Origin: Batkoa obscura
Taxonomy: Eukaryota
NCBI GenBank assembly: GCA_030770535.1
Contig: JASVEC010000003.1
Span: 124,001-188,000 of the forward strand
Length of the DNA stretch: 64,000 nt
Direction of reading: 5' to 3'
Part shown: positions 27,548 to 40,352 of the stretch, one piece after another
How positions within the stretch are numbered: position 1 is the first letter of the stretch
How the letters are laid out: the number at the start of each line of letters is the position of its first letter
Notes under the pieces: generated by a model
What the model was told of the DNA's origin: nothing
The model's database searches: none
The model's input: the letters and a program-made list of their open reading frames with translations, nothing else
Program-made: the position numbers and the translations under genes

Positions 27548-28894
27548 ATGAAGTTTGATCAACTACCAAGTAACTTGCTATACAAAGTATTTAAGCAAGT
27601 CAATTTAAGAGAGCTTTTCAATCTACGTTTATTAAGCAAAGTTTTATTGAATATTATAAACAAGACTTTAAAATACAAAGTAATATATTCAAAATATATT
27701 ATAGAAGATTTTGAGGAAAACAAAAGAAATGTAGGCAAAACTTTAAAGCGTGGAAACTTTATCAAATATCAACAAAAGTTTATTTTAAAAAATGGAGCCA
27801 TGATGAGGCATTTAGAAGTAAATGATAACACTATTAACTATATAAATTATTGCCCAAATCTAACTTCTATAACCTATAATGATACTAAATATACTCATAC
27901 TTCTAATGATATAATTAAAATTTCATTACCAAAGTTGAAAAAGTTATTTATACATCTTTATTGTAATGTTGTCTCTTCATCTTTATTAAACTTATTTAAA
28001 AAATATTTGGATCAAGTTGAGGTTGTAGATATTATCTTTGAATCTGGGAGTATAAAGGATATTATAAAATATTTGAATCCAAATAAAGTTAGATCTCTTA
28101 GAATATTATATCACGATAGATTATATTTTGATGAAATAGATAGAATCAAAGTGGAATTTATCAACTTAAAAGAATTGTCTGTAGAATCATTAGATTGTAT
28201 AAATGATACTGAATTCGATCCGAATACAAACTTTGCTTCTTATTTAGAATTAAAAATAAAAGGTATTTTTCGAAACAAGTTTAATATCAATGACTTTGGG
28301 GATCTTACTAAATTGAAAAGTATAAAGTTTGTTGATCGTTTAATCTCTTTTTTAAAGTTAAAAAATAAGGATAACTTGATTTTACCTAAAAATGCCAATC
28401 TTATTACTCTAGGAAGCTTCAATGCATCAAACTCAATGAACTATGATTTATTAAAGTTTCCGACATTAAAAGAAGTATATGTTGGAGAAATATCAAAAGG
28501 GTTTTTACAAGCAATTTCCTTGGCACCAAACATTCAAAAAATCCATATTGAAAACTTATACCTTGCCATAGATTTATTAATGACAGAATTTAATTTTAAT
28601 GTAAATAATGTTAATGACACTACTTATGATCCATACAAGAGCAAATTTGTAACTCAAATTACTGTTGATTGTGGTTATGACATTGCGATCAATGCCTTTT
28701 TTTATTTTCTGACATTTTTTCCAAAGCTTAAAGCAATTAAGATTCAAAATTTTATGTTAGAAAATATTGAGTCTAAAATTAACTATAAACTTATTACTCC
28801 TTTACTTCTTATTACACTAAATACAGCTGAAATTAATTGCAGACTTTATAATAGGCTTATGGAAGTCCCATTGTTAACTTGGTTAAGCTTATGA
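27548..28894 (+). CDS. F-box/LRR(RNI)-like protein, paralogue D (intact, 448 aa)
   Basis: N-terminal F-box-like LPSNLLYKVFKQVNLRELFNLRLLSK; repeated LxxLxxLxI motifs (CPNLTSITY, LPKLKKLFI, FINLKELSV, FPTLKEVYV, FPKLKAIKI); intronless. Confidence 0.8.
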   Translation: MKFDQLPSNLLYKVFKQVNLRELFNLRLLSKVLLNIINKTLKYKVIYSKYIIEDFEENKRNVGKTLKRGNFIKYQQKFILKNGAMMRHLEVNDNTINYINYCPNLTSITYNDTKYTHTSNDIIKISLPKLKKLFIHLYCNVVSSSLLNLFKKYLDQVEVVDIIFESGSIKDIIKYLNPNKVRSLRILYHDRLYFDEIDRIKVEFINLKELSVESLDCINDTEFDPNTNFASYLELKIKGIFRNKFNINDFGDLTKLKSIKFVDRLISFLKLKNKDNLILPKNANLITLGSFNASNSMNYDLLKFPTLKEVYVGEISKGFLQAISLAPNIQKIHIENLYLAIDLLMTEFNFNVNNVNDTTYDPYKSKFVTQITVDCGYDIAINAFFYFLTFFPKLKAIKIQNFMLENIESKINYKLITPLLLITLNTAEINCRLYNRLMEVPLLTWLSL

Positions 28895-30218
28895 ATAAGT
28901 CAGTATCGAACTAAGTATGCTTTTTATTATATCTGCTTTAATAAATATTTATCTCCCGTATCATATTTTGTTATTAGAATGTATTTTGATAAATTCAAAT
29001 CTATCTGAGTTTTTTCCTGTACAATAACTTTTACTAAATAATAGGTTTAATGGCCAAATACATTATCTCTGAGGCAGTATAAAAGATTAATTTTTAGATA
29101 TAATATGATGTTGATTATTTTTTTACATCTCAATATTATTAATTCAGTTTTTATGAATTATAATACTATTGATTACAAATAAATAGCTAACATAAAATTT
29201 AAAAAACAATAACCTAACAGCCAATTAATTTGAATCTCATAAAAATTATAACCTATGTTGCACTAATTTTCGTATAATATTAATAACATTTATTTAACTA
29301 TTCTTTATCAATTGAAATAGGTAGATTTTTAGATCAATAAAGTAAACAATAAAAAGATTCTTTATTATATTTAAAATATAAAATAAGAGCATTAATATAT
29401 TAAAATATAATCCATAATTTAGACCAAAGAAATCATCATTCCATAGCGTACAAAAATAACATAAAGCAAAGAATAAGTTTTAATTTACTATATTTGGTAA
29501 ATTTATTTTTATATTTTTTATCAAATCAAATCAAATTAAAAAGTTAACTAGTCATAACTTTGTTACTTTTCTATCAACATCCACACCCTTTTAACCTGTT
29601 CATTTGCCTTCAATTTCACTTTTAGTCTTCTATTTCGCATATAAAAACTATCCATTTATCCTTTGGTCACTTAGTTATGTCTAAAAATTGGATACCTGAA
29701 AAGTATTATTTTAAGGCAAAAAAAAGTAACTCAGGAAAGAACATTATATTACAATATGAAATTAAATAAATATTATTAACCCTAACCTCAACTCTAATCA
29801 ATATGCTTAGATAAATCGCAGCATAGTATTTTAAATATTCTTTTAAAATTTCAATCAAGTTTTATTTTGTAGCATAAAATAATTCTTTATCAAAAATTCA
29901 TTTGGGCTTTTACTCATTTTATTCTAATACTGCATTGCTCTTTTTATAATTTAAATTAAGGGATTGAGTTGTAAAAAAGAGTCTTTTACTAAATCTTCAA
30001 AGGTGGTTAGCTTCAATCAAAAATATGTATTTACATATGTATGTTTTATTGATAGAATAATGAAATACAAGAATAAAAATATAGGATCTGCTATATATGT
30101 GGCAAGTTTAATACATTGAATGGAGCAGATAAGCGTAACAATGGTTGTATATGTTATTAATCAATAATGCTTAGACTTTTTTAATTTACCTGAAGATACA
30201 AAAAAACAGTGCAATATA

Positions 30219-30320
30219 TGGGGATGTGTCTTTTTGTTTAAGAATTTTACTAACAATCTTTCTGCTCAAATAGCGCTTAAGAAATGAAAAAAAGTAATGA
30301 AACCAAAAAAAACATCCTCA
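30219..30320 (+). mobile_element. MITE just upstream of paralogue E
   Basis: TA-TGGGGATGTG...AAAAACATCCTCA-TA. Confidence 0.88.
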
Positions 30321-30365
30321 TATGTTTAAATAATTAGAAATTGTTTATTTTTATTTTCTACTTTT

Positions 30366-31633
30366 TACAAGTTTAATCAATTGCCAAGTGACTTATTATT
30401 TGAAATATTCAAATAATTCAGTCTAAGAGAATTATTCAATCTATGACTATTAGCTAAAAATTTGTCTATTACTATAGACAAGACTATTAAACATAAATTA
30501 ATATATTCAATATATATTGAAAATGATTTTGATGATGATATGGGGATTGTAGGCAAAAGCTCAACTTAGCGAGGTTTATCAAATAACAGAAAAATTTATA
30601 TTGAAAAATAGAGAAATGATGTAACATTTACCTGTAGATACTTATACCATCAGTTATATAGACTACTGTCTAAATCTAACAGCTATTACCTTTCGTAGCT
30701 TTATGTGTTGATGTATTCCCAAAGACGAAATTCAAACCCATTTACCAAAATTGAAAAAGTTATTTATAATACGCTAATCAAGTTAATTTGACTCTAATTT
30801 TAAATTTATTTAAAAAGTATATGAATCAAATAAAAGTTTTAGATATTAATTGTAAATCTGGTGGCATAAAGGAAGTTATCAAAGATTCGGATCCAAATAA
30901 AGTAAAATTCCTCAATATATTTTATCAGACTAGATTAGATTTAGATGAACTAGATAAAATCAAAGAAGGAGTTATTAATTAATAGTATTACATATAAAAC
31001 CAGGACTTTATATTTATGCAAATAATAAGTTTGGTCCAAATATAAGCTTTGCTTCTTATTTAAAACTAGAAATTAAAGGTATATTTGAACACCAGTTCAA
31101 TATAAATGACTTAGGTGGCCCCAATAAACTGAAAAGTATAAAGTTTATAAATGAGTCCTTTAATTTTTTAAAGTTATATAGTAAAGATATTTTAAATGTT
31201 TTAAAATATTAACCTTATTGCTTTAGGCTGCTTTAATTCTTTTGAATCAACAAATTATAATTCATTAAAAACATTAACAATAGCATTAAAAGAGTTATAT
31301 GTTGAAAGAGTAACAAAGGAGCTTTTGGAGGTTATCTCTTTAGCGTCAAATATTCAAAAATTCCTATTAGTGATTTAGGTGTTGTTACTAGGATTTTTTC
31401 ACATGATTTTAATTTTGATGCAAATAAAGTTAATGATACTAACAGTTATGCTTGATAAAAATGTAAGCATGCTAATCGAATCACAATTGAATGTACTAAA
31501 GGATAAAAATTTTGACGCAAATTATAAGCTTACTACTCCTTTATTACTCATTATGCCTAGTATATCTAATATTAATAACAAGCTTTATGAAAAACTTAAA
31601 AGCATCCCACTATTAACTTGGTTGAGCTTATAA
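30366..31633 (+). pseudogene. F-box/LRR-like family paralogue E
   Basis: KFNQLPSDLLFEIF...IPLLTWLSL*; start codon lost, several stops and frameshifts. Confidence 0.85.
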
Positions 31634-32010
31634 ACAAGTTGATACTTTACTCACAATAGTTTTATATCATATTCTCTATTAATAAATTTATATTTTTTCA
31701 TTTTTTTCTGTTATTTTATATATTTTAAACTTTAATTTTTTTGAAATATTCTTCCTTTTATAATAACTCTCCACATCAACAACCATTAAACAGCCAAATC
31801 ATTATACAAAGCAATGTAAAATTGAATTTTACTACGTTATTCCCCTTCACTCTCTAAAAAGTCAGTACTGTATTTTTTCTTATAGAAAAGACCGATACTG
31901 TCCCATAATAGTCATATTAATAAAATAGTCATTTACCTAATATCCTTTTCGAAATATTTAGTTTTTTATATTAATTTTTTAGAGCAGCTTGCAACTAGAT
32001 GTCATTTATA

Positions 32011-32111
32011 CGGGGATGTATTTTTGTGTTTAAGAATTTTACTAACAATTTTTCTGCTCAAATAGCGCTTAAAAAATGGAAAAAATAATGAAGTCAAAAA
32101 AAACAGCCCCA
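32011..32111 (+). mobile_element. MITE
   Basis: TA-CGGGGATGTATTTTT...AAAACAGCCCCA-TA. Confidence 0.88.
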
Positions 32112-33726
32112 TATATTTTAACTTGAAGGCATTTTTTTTAAATATGAATCTAAGAGCTACGTTCTCTTTTATATTTTTAGTTTCATATTGAACATATTCG
32201 ACTCTAAATTAAAAACAACAAAAGACATCCAACTATAAGCTCTTCTAGGACAAGATTATTCTTAAAATGAAATCGTATTATTTAAATAAAAATTTCAGCT
32301 TTTAAGTAATAAACTTGTCATCTAATAAGTTAAATGCAACATTAGAAAAATCCTTAAAAGTACTATATATATCTAGCCTTCATTTAGTTTTCTTTTATTA
32401 TTATATATATATTAATATTAGTATAAGCATTATATGGTTCTCATTAATGATTTTTTAAGTATAAGTTATAGTAGTTCAATTATTTACAATTTCAAGTAAA
32501 AACGAACCATTCTAACTTATATTAATCAATATAAAATAGTAATATTATAATTAATAAATTGAATTAATCAATTTATCCGCTAAGTGAACTTTCAAGTATA
32601 ATAAAATTCCCATTTTATTTTTCTCAACCCTTAAAACTCTCCATTTATTGTCTTTATTAAAATAGTTTAGCATACACAATTTTACATTTATCCTTTTTAA
32701 TCAGGACAAAAGGTAGAAATTTCAATCAAAAAAATACACCAATGAAACTAAAATCTGTTATTCGAAACTTGAATTTGCTAATAATTAATAATATTGGAAA
32801 AGGTGATTCTAATGAGCTTATAGCGTTGAGATCATTTGATTTAAAATTAAAAACCTTTTGCAATTCTGCTTTAGTTTTGTCTCATTTTTATATTAATAAT
32901 TTAAAAAATCTTTAAACCACTCATGATAAATAGATAAAATTGCGTTTTTATCATCACTTCTGTAATACTACAAGACTATAACAACACATTAGTACCGATT
33001 CATAACAATAAAAAATAAAATCTATTGCATTAATTTATTTCAACTCATTATTATAAAGCAATTGATGCGTATTTCTAATACGAAAATCAATTCATATTAT
33101 CTAATTTAAGGACATTTGTTAATTATTAGGAAACTAACGAATACCTATAGAATAAATAAATGTAACAATATAATTGGCCTCTAAAATTAGAAGCTTGTTT
33201 AATTGGTTTTTTTAAGCAGTCGTAATTTTTAAGTAAGAAAGTTGTGTGATGAAACTGAACTAATTAAAGGAGAATTAAAAAGATGATCGGAGTTTCATTT
33301 GATATATTTTTAAATTTTTGATATATTTTTAGAAATTTTTTTTAAGACAACGAATGAAATAAAAATGAATCAACCTAAGCTAAGAATAATTTTTGATTAA
33401 AGTGGCTTAAAATTGTAGTTGGAAACTAAAATCAAAATTAGGCTAATTCAACATCTTTACTTTTTATTGTTTTTATTTGAAATTTTCATTAAAACTAGTT
33501 AATATTTATTTATTTTATAACATATCAATAGCTATCCTTGGTTCAATTCAACTTTTACATTCTATTGTTTAATTTATATTATATTGAAGAACCGTAAAGT
33601 AACGCTCTTAACTTATTACTTAGTATTTAAGGCTGTATAAATAGGCTAAAGTTTTCCAGTTTTCGATCATCACTATTTATCTGATAATTATCACTTACAT
33701 CTTATTTTACTATAACTCAATTTAAT

Positions 33727-34551
33727 ATGGCAAAATCGATTGTATCTTTTAACCCAACAAGCATGAACTATCATGACCACCCCTTAACACAAAGCACAGC
33801 CAACGCTACCACTTACTCGAACGAAAACATAGTGGTTAAGGAGATGGTGAAATTTGCCCATTTTTCAGTACGACCAACTCGAAGCCCATCGTTAAATTCA
33901 TATTTACTTAATACCAATTTATACAATACACCTAGAATTGAACCACAAAAAAGATTCATTGTTTATCTGGAACCTAATAAACAGTCCAAGTTATATCAAT
34001 CCATCTTAAAGTTTTACCGTCTTAGCCATTTACATTTTGGTGCTAATGAAGCTCATCTTTATCATCCCCATTGTTCGATGACTGGCTTTATTTCAATCGA
34101 TACGATTCAATCTTACAATTTGATCAATTCAATAGTAGCAACGCTCAAAAGTTATAAGGAATCAGCTTATTCTGCTATAGTACCTAACGTTAATGGGATT
34201 GAACTGTTACCAGCTAAAAGGAAAGTTAATTTATCAATTGAAGCACCGTTTAATTTGCATAACTTGGTGGAGAATCTAGTCAATAACTGTAGCACAATCA
34301 CCAAGGTACGAGCTAAACCTTTACATCATATCTCTTTGGCTTATCTCAATAAGCATGTGATTACAAATCAAAAGCTAGATGATGCAGAACTTAAAGCATT
34401 AGATACACTTGCTAAAGCAACAGTTAATTTGAGCGAAGTTAATGATAATAGCTTAAAATGGGATATCGCGTTTTATGAGCAAACTTATCAGTCCAAGCAT
34501 TTGTATGAATCCCATCAGTTTAAAGAGCTGTATCGCTTCTCTTTGGCTTGA
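33727..34551 (+). CDS. putative 2H phosphoesterase superfamily protein
   Basis: Intronless 274 aa ORF with two H-x-S motifs (PHCSMTGF, LHHISLAY) about 85 aa apart. Confidence 0.65.
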   Translation: MAKSIVSFNPTSMNYHDHPLTQSTANATTYSNENIVVKEMVKFAHFSVRPTRSPSLNSYLLNTNLYNTPRIEPQKRFIVYLEPNKQSKLYQSILKFYRLSHLHFGANEAHLYHPHCSMTGFISIDTIQSYNLINSIVATLKSYKESAYSAIVPNVNGIELLPAKRKVNLSIEAPFNLHNLVENLVNNCSTITKVRAKPLHHISLAYLNKHVITNQKLDDAELKALDTLAKATVNLSEVNDNSLKWDIAFYEQTYQSKHLYESHQFKELYRFSLA

Positions 34552-35365
34552 TTAAGGATAGTGTTTTTTCTTTAGAAATATGTTTGATTGTTTTTTGTAG
34601 AGTCCATTGTATAATAGACTCCTTTAATGTTTTTATATTTATTTTTTAATAAATTTGATTGTTTTTTGATATTTAGCACTTTTGATTTAGATTTTTTGTG
34701 GGCTTTCTGGGAACACTCCTATTCTGGATTTTTCTTTCTTTAATCCACTATTTCTATTTATACACACAACTGCTCAATTGGATCATCACGCTTTTTTGGC
34801 TAAGTTTACAATTAAACCGATAGCTTTGGGCAAATTGAGGGGCTGTTTTAAATGGTTTTTAATAGTAATATCAATTATTTTTGTTAATTATAAACATTTA
34901 TTTAACAATATTGATATATAAAATTATACTACCATTTAAAAACATAATAAAATATAATGTTTCTTTTTGATACTCTTTAACACTTATGTCTTTATCCCCA
35001 CCCTAGTAGTTAAATATAAAAGCCTCGATTTTTGTCTTGGCAGCTTTATAACAGAAATTATCTGTTGTAATGAGATTTTTCTTTATAAATAATTCACTAA
35101 TAAAATTTAGGCAATTATTTCTCCAATTAAACTTTGTACTCTATTCATAAAATCAGTTGCCAACTTGCTAGTTTTATTAAAGCTTGTTTGTACTTTATTA
35201 ATCATTATATGCTTTTTTCTGTTATACTTGATATATGCTTTTTTTCTCGCGCTTTACAAATAAATTTATGATAGATTTTATTTTTGAGATTTAAGTTCCG
35301 TTTAATAGTTATTTTTATAGAATTAAATTGAATCTTTTTTTAGATTATTCGTTATTAAGACGATA

Positions 35366-35466
35366 TGGGGGTGTTTTTTTTGACTTCATTATTTTTTCCA
35401 TTTTTTAAGCACTATTTAAGTGGAAAGATTGTTAGTAAAATTCTTAAACACAAAAATACATCCCCA
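35366..35466 (-). mobile_element. MITE
   Basis: TA-TGGGGGTGTTTT...AAAAATACATCCCCA-TA. Confidence 0.9.
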
Positions 35467-36384
35467 TATGGATCATCAAAAGATATAAAGTATCAAAGAC
35501 TCAAGTTAGGAGAAGAAGAAGGATTTAGGTTAGATGTAAGATACTAGGAAGAAACTTTAATGGAATATCTAAGACTAATAAGGATCTCCTGTTAAGTATA
35601 AGTAAATCCCCCTTCTGAAATTTTGATTATTTTGTCTGGTGATAAATAAAAAGAGTTATTTATAGGGCGTTCTTTCCACTGTAATAATAATACGTTTAAG
35701 AAGACATGTGTACTCGTGTTTTATATAGCTAAATCAAGTCTTTGTATTTATTAAGATACTCATGGTAATATAGATAGTTCAATGTATGAGTTACCTCGCC
35801 AAAATCATTAGAGCTTACTTTATTTTAAACAAATATAAGTTATTTTTGCTGTAAGTGTTTTTAGTTATTGTGTAGTTCTCTCTAGTTTATATTCTTTTAT
35901 AAATGTGAGATTTTTTATTAACTTTGTAGCTTTCTAGTATACAGTTCATAGTTTAGATGTCGTTCAATCAAATAATATCATACTAGCTATTAAAATTTGT
36001 TTGAATATTCCTAATATTAAGATAAAAACAAGTAGTTTTTTGCCATGTTTAATTAAATGTTGTAAATATCAATAATATTAAAAATATGAAATTTTTTATC
36101 TAGTTTCTTATATTGTTAAGCTTAGTTTAAGTATAAAATAGTTGGATAATGTTTCTAGTAGCTACTTTGCGCTTATTTTGTAATAGTTTATATTACAGAA
36201 AACCCTTAATTTTTAATAGATTTTTTCAATAATCTCACAATAATTCTTTTAAAGCTTACTTTATGAAATGCAATAAAATATCAAACATGCATTCGAACAA
36301 AAAAACAAGCTATCAATATAATAGTTCATTCATATTTCCATTAATAAAACATAAAACTTTATTATTTTAATAAGTTTAAAATCC

Positions 36385-36996
36385 TCATTGACCACCAAAC
36401 TGAGCTTGCCCAAATTGAGCTTGACCTCCACCGAATTGATCTTGACCGCCAAACTGAGCTTGCCCAAATTGAGCTTGACCTCCACCGAATTGATCTTGAC
36501 CGCCAAACTGAGCTTGACCTCCACCAAATTGAGCTTGACCTCCACCAAACTGACCTTGTCCAAAACCAGATAGTCCGCCTCCAGCACCTCCACCGAATAC
36601 AGTACTATCATCGATCACATCATCATAATATTCATTATCAGGAGGGAGTATTCTACGGTTTTGGATACGACTAAAATCGATGGTAAAACGACGACGCTTA
36701 CAATCTGTACCTTTACAGTTTTCATTGAATTTTTCAAGTGGTGGTAAGCCATCAACGCCTGATGTAACACCTAATGCTCCAACAAGGCCGCCTGCTTGTT
36801 GGGGGTCAACGCCTTGTGGAAAACCTCCTTGTGGAAAACCTCCTTGTGGAAAACCTCCTTGTGGGAAACCTCCTTGTGGAAAGCCCCCTTGTGGAAAACC
36901 TCCTTGCTGAGCAGAAGCACCAAATTGGGGAGAAGCAGGGATAGCATTTACAGATAAAGCTAGTAAAAGAGCAGGTATAAGCTTATTTAAAGACAT
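36385..36996 (-). CDS. secreted Gly/Gln/Phe-rich repeat protein
   Basis: Signal peptide MSLNKLIPALLLALSVNA; (GGFPQ)6; C-terminal GGQAQF/GGQDQF repeats; synonymous variation between repeat units. Confidence 0.85.
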   Translation of the reverse strand: MSLNKLIPALLLALSVNAIPASPQFGASAQQGGFPQGGFPQGGFPQGGFPQGGFPQGGFPQGVDPQQAGGLVGALGVTSGVDGLPPLEKFNENCKGTDCKRRRFTIDFSRIQNRRILPPDNEYYDDVIDDSTVFGGGAGGGLSGFGQGQFGGGQAQFGGGQAQFGGQDQFGGGQAQFGQAQFGGQDQFGGGQAQFGQAQFGGQ

Positions 36997-37490
36997 GATT
37001 TTATAGTAGTATTATATAGTCCAGGCACCCAGTGCACGTTAGTTATAAATAAAATTGAAAAGTGATTCTTCATTTTGGAGAAAAGTTTTTTAGAATAGCT
37101 TATTTTTGATCTCCATTCATTCAATTAGCGATCTCTCTTAATCATCGACAATTTAATTTACTAATTTGACTTTTGAAGCTGAAAATTTTGTCCACTAAAA
37201 ATTAAATTTTAGATTTAAATATCTAAAGTAAAATTGTGTAGAAATAATAAATAGCCTATAACTTAGTTTAAAAGTTATTTAAAAAAATAGAATACTTGCA
37301 CTAACAGTTTTAAATTCTAACAAGCTTTATAAAATCTAGCTATCAGAATAGACTTGTGCTGAATTCTTTGAATGTCTACTAACTTCTATTAAGCTCTAAT
37401 AAATATACAGTGATAGACTTGATTATAAATATTTCTAAATAAAAAGCCGCTCAAGACTATTTATGTATATTAAATTAATAGTTTATTTGT

Positions 37491-38996
37491 TTAATTTTTA
37501 AAAGAACTTTCAACGTCCTTAATTGGTTCTGGTTTAGAATCTGCATTCATGTCTTCAAGGGAACGATTTTTACCTTCAACTCCCCAAATTGCCCATGCTA
37601 AACTCATTAATAATCCACATCCAAAGAAGGCAAAAATAATACCACATGCAGCTACAATATTTTTTGCATCACCATTGGGACCTTTTGAGCCTAAAAGACT
37701 ATATACGGCTACTAAGATGGTAGGGGAAACAGCTGCACAAATTCTGCCAAATGCTACTGCAAATCCTATACCAGTAGCACGTACATGGGTTGGGAAAGCT
37801 TCAGTAAAAGCTGGGTAAACAGTAACCCAAAGTGCAGTATAAGCAAATTGATAAAAGCAGTGAGCGCCGGTTAAGGAAGAAGCAGGGTTAGAAGAGTAGT
37901 AAGCAGGTATGAAACAGGCAACAGCGATAATACCTAAAATGTAAAGGCAAGGTAGTAATATTTTTCTACCAATGCGATCGATTAAGAAGACTGGTAAAAG
38001 GAAGCCAGGTACAGTAAGGAATACACCATATAAATAGAATAAAGCTACATCGGCACCTTTAACACCAGAATCTTCCAATACACCAAGAGATAATAAATTA
38101 CTTACGCCATAATCAGCAAATGCTTGAGAGCTATTTAATACCATACCGAAAGCAAGACGGAACGGGTATTTAGTGACTAATTCTTTGACTACTCTAAAAT
38201 AAGAGTATTTTTGATGAGTAACAAACTGACTGCTATCGTTAGCAGGATCATAATCGATACTAAGCTTATTATCTGGTTGCTTTGCAGAAATCTCAATTTC
38301 TTCAATGATCTGTCTAGCCTCATCAAATCTTCCTTGGATTATAAGCCATCTTGGTGATTCTGGTAGCGATTTACGTGCAAACAAAACAAAGATAGCTGCA
38401 GTACCGCCCAACGCAAATCCAATTCTCCAAGCTAAGTTGTTATCCAAGTATTTCAACAATGGATATTGTAATCCATAAGCAACCAAAGCACCTAATGACC
38501 AGAATCCCATGACCATGGTATTTACTTTACCACGATGCTTGGATGGAATGAACTCCGAAATAGTAGCGTTAACAGCAGTATATTCAGCACCTACGCCAAC
38601 CGCAGTTAAGAAACGGAAAACTAAAAAGAAAGGGAAATGGAAAGAACAAGCGGTAACAATGGTCATAAGCGAATAGCCTAAAATAGTAACAACAAAAGCT
38701 AATTTACGACCAAAACGATCAGCAAAATAACCAAAACCCAAAGCTCCTACCAAGGAGCCCATTAACCAAACAATAGTAATTGAAGTGGCCTGTACTTTAC
38801 TGATCCCAAAATAGAGCTTTAAGGTATTGAGTACAGCAGATACAATGGTTACTTCAAAAGCATCAAAAGCCCAACCCAATGCTAGAATAATTGTGATTTT
38901 TGTGTGCCATCTACTCCAGTTTAAATTATCTAATCTTTTGAGCAATTCTTTTGGACTTACGTTATCCTTAAAGTCTATTTGTTTATTGTCTATCAT
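37491..38996 (-). CDS. MFS transporter (sugar-porter/aromatic acid/SV2-like)
   Basis: GYFADRFGRK motif A, FRFLTAVGVGAEY, PESPRWL, IDRIGRK, EAFPTHVRATG; about 12 TM segments; intronless. Confidence 0.93.
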   Translation of the reverse strand: MIDNKQIDFKDNVSPKELLKRLDNLNWSRWHTKITIILALGWAFDAFEVTIVSAVLNTLKLYFGISKVQATSITIVWLMGSLVGALGFGYFADRFGRKLAFVVTILGYSLMTIVTACSFHFPFFLVFRFLTAVGVGAEYTAVNATISEFIPSKHRGKVNTMVMGFWSLGALVAYGLQYPLLKYLDNNLAWRIGFALGGTAAIFVLFARKSLPESPRWLIIQGRFDEARQIIEEIEISAKQPDNKLSIDYDPANDSSQFVTHQKYSYFRVVKELVTKYPFRLAFGMVLNSSQAFADYGVSNLLSLGVLEDSGVKGADVALFYLYGVFLTVPGFLLPVFLIDRIGRKILLPCLYILGIIAVACFIPAYYSSNPASSLTGAHCFYQFAYTALWVTVYPAFTEAFPTHVRATGIGFAVAFGRICAAVSPTILVAVYSLLGSKGPNGDAKNIVAACGIIFAFFGCGLLMSLAWAIWGVEGKNRSLEDMNADSKPEPIKDVESSFKN

Positions 38997-40251
38997 TTTT
39001 AAAGGGTAAGGTTAAGAGGAAAGTCGGGTGGTAGTGAGCTTGGCTCAAAAAAAAAGTTAATTAAAATAAATTTTTTAAGGTTTGTTAGCTGTTTTTACTT
39101 GTTTTTATACTATTTGACATCCCTTTATCATAATCTTACATTTTTCCTTTAAAATGCTTTACATCATTACTATTATCGATTTGCCTAATAATATCTTTTT
39201 TTACAGCGCACGTGTGTGTTTTGATTTTTTCTCATTGTTGCTGCTTTTTTGTGTTCTATTTGTGTATGTGATTTTATAATAGACCACAATATAAAAAGAG
39301 GATCTGCTATTTTATTAGATAGATATATTCAGTAAAAACATATACTTTATATTGGAACAATGATATTATTTTAGGTTATATATTATCAATATAATATCAT
39401 TTCTTAGTTAGTAAGCTATTTGAAGAAAAATAGCATGTTTAATGGTATAATATAAATAAATTTACATAATCTACATCATAAAGATAAGATGAAAGTACAA
39501 AAATGAAGATAGACAAAGGAATAAGAGCCATCCAATAAAATATTAAAATAGACTTTTAAACTTCTTGTATTAAGGGAAGTATGATTACACTGATGTAAAG
39601 AACCTAAATTTTATAAAAATAGTGTTTAATTTATTAAAGTATAATATATAGATTTCATAAACTACTTCTCCATGAATTAACCAAGTCGTGTACTTTATAA
39701 TTACTATTTTTATAGTTAAGCTTTGAAATAAACACTACTTATTTAACTTTTACTTAATATATTCAATTAAGAAATACTTTTTATCATTTATTTTAGCACA
39801 CTACTATATTGACCAATCAGTTTGTGTTATCTCCGATATTTTGTTCTTGAAACTAAAACTCAATTCTTATTGAGATTTTATTTTAATTTACAACGTTGTG
39901 ATAAATTTTAGCTTTCATATGCTATAAAACTAAAATAGATCTTTCTATATATCGAAACCTTATATTCCATTTATATAAAAGGTTCACTGAATAATACAGG
40001 AATCATCAATAATAACTTGACTGTTAAAAAAAGACTAAATAAAAAATATTAAATTTTTCTTAATAAAGTTAATGACATTATATACTTCAAAAATTAATTT
40101 TATCATATCTAATTTTAGAACTCATCTTTTTAATATGATTTGTGTACAAGAATTTTATGGATTTACTTTAATACAGGTTTATTCCAATTAGTTGCAATTC
40201 AATTCACTTGTAAATAGCAGTTTTGCTATTCATAGGGTACTTTATTACACA

Positions 40252-40352
40252 TGGAGATGTATTTTTTGTGTTAAGAGTTTTACCAACAATTTCTCTACTC
40301 AAATAGCACTTGAAAAATGAAAAAAGTGATGAAATCAAAAAAAACACTTCCA
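40252..40352 (+). mobile_element. MITE (diverged)
   Basis: TGGAGATGTATTTTT...AAAACACTTCCA-TA. Confidence 0.8.

Noticed and set aside
35365..35547. 60 aa ORF
   Set aside because: Starts inside a MITE terminus; same artefact as the start of ORF 18047-18304.
35470..35830. GC-richer patch next to a MITE, possible transposase remnant
   Set aside because: No open frame or recognisable motif found by eye.
36330..36910. Repetitive ORFs such as (CGKPP)n and (LSLTST)n
   Set aside because: Antisense or shifted shadows of the GGFPQ/GGQAQF protein.
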